A stretch of 64,000 nt of DNA, taken from a phage. The position numbers were made by a program, and so were the translations under genes. Of this stretch, positions 63,519-64,000 are shown one piece after another. The stretch lies in the sequence record PZ445429.1; one strand, written 5' to 3'. How positions within the stretch are numbered: the stretch's first letter is position 1; each line of letters starts with the position of its first letter. The notes beneath the pieces are model-generated. The model made no database searches. It was given only the letters and a program-made list of their open reading frames with translations, and was not told the origin of the DNA.

Positions 63519-64000
63519 ATGGCAAATGATGTATTAGTTCCCGATCTCATGTCTCCTGAGGGCATGGATGTTATTGAAGCCTATTTACAGTGCAGTAGTG
63601 ATGTTCCTGCCGCCGCTCGTAGTCTTGGAATGTCCGAGATTGCATTTCGTGATATAATGAATCGTGGGGAAGTTAAAAACTATCTCAACGATATCTTTAT
63701 GGAAAGTGGCTTCCGTAATCGTGACCGCTTATTCGGAGTTCTTGATGAAGTTATCAAGCGCAAGTTGGAAGAACTCGAAGAAACTGGCATGGGTTCTGAC
63801 CAGGATATCATGGATATTCTCTGGAAGGCGCACAAGATGAAAATGGAAGAAATGAAAATGATGGTAGAACTGGAGAAAGTGAAGGCAGCAGCCCGTACTC
63901 CAGCTAACCAGACTAACATTCAGAATAATATTATTGCTGGAAGTGGTGACGAAAACTATATGAATCTTATTACCGCTCTAGCAGGAGGAGGTAAGAGATA
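63519..64000 (+). CDS. hypothetical protein with N-terminal helix-turn-helix (possible terminase small subunit); 5' part only
   Basis: RBS AAGGAGG then ATG 63519; frame open to window end. Confidence 0.3.
   Translation, partial: MANDVLVPDLMSPEGMDVIEAYLQCSSDVPAAARSLGMSEIAFRDIMNRGEVKNYLNDIFMESGFRNRDRLFGVLDEVIKRKLEELEETGMGSDQDIMDILWKAHKMKMEEMKMMVELEKVKAAARTPANQTNIQNNIIAGSGDENYMNLITALAGGGKR

Noticed and set aside
1-64000. Integrated prophage or bacterial chromosome context
   Set aside because: No integrase, att-like tRNA fragment or host housekeeping genes; gene content and the reiterated promoter are those of a virulent T5-like phage

Overview
This 64 kb window reads as AT-rich DNA of a T5-like lytic siphophage (Demerecviridae / Tequintavirus type), oriented in the direction of early-gene transcription. 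All calls are from reading the sequence and ORF track by eye; no database search, tRNAscan or folding was run, so tRNA coordinates are +/-2 nt and anticodon calls are provisional. (1) 1-49.1 kb is the early region: the 5' part of nrdD on the minus strand, then on the plus strand phoH, nrdA, a free-standing HNH endonuclease, nrdB, frd, thyA, an HslV-like Ntn-hydrolase, RNase H, an SPFH protein, a NadR-PnuC NAD salvage pair, about 30 tRNA genes (17.0 kb and 22.3-31.6 kb) interleaved with small ORFs and homing endonucleases, a spanin-like overlapped pair, dNMP kinase, ClpP-like peptidase, holin-endolysin, and phosphoesterases. Nearly every transcription unit is preceded by the same promoter, AAAAATTCA-TTGCT(T/A)-N16-17-TATAAT, and followed by a GC hairpin terminator. 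(2) 49.1-50.6 kb has no credible ORF and is packed with repeats: one strong promoter with no gene behind it, a 15-bp tandem repeat, at least 9 copies of a TGTCGGATT(T/C)GCACA box, and a GAATGAGAATG family. (3) 50.5-60 kb is compositionally distinct (GC-richer, different codon usage) and looks like the T5 pre-early / terminal-repeat module: a 3.9 kb minus-strand cassette of 8 genes bracketed by ~110 bp inverted repeats that each carry a near-consensus LexA box and DnaA-like boxes, then plus-strand genes including an A1-like metallophosphoesterase (554 aa), an A2-like protein and a dmp-like HAD 5'-nucleotidase. (4) 60-64 kb holds an HNH endonuclease, an Llp-like lipoprotein, a receptor-binding-protein candidate (593 aa) and the start of a further gene. 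The most unusual features are the IR-bracketed, LexA/DnaA-box cassette, the iteron field, and the NadR-PnuC module; none could be checked against T5 itself, so novelty is unproven.
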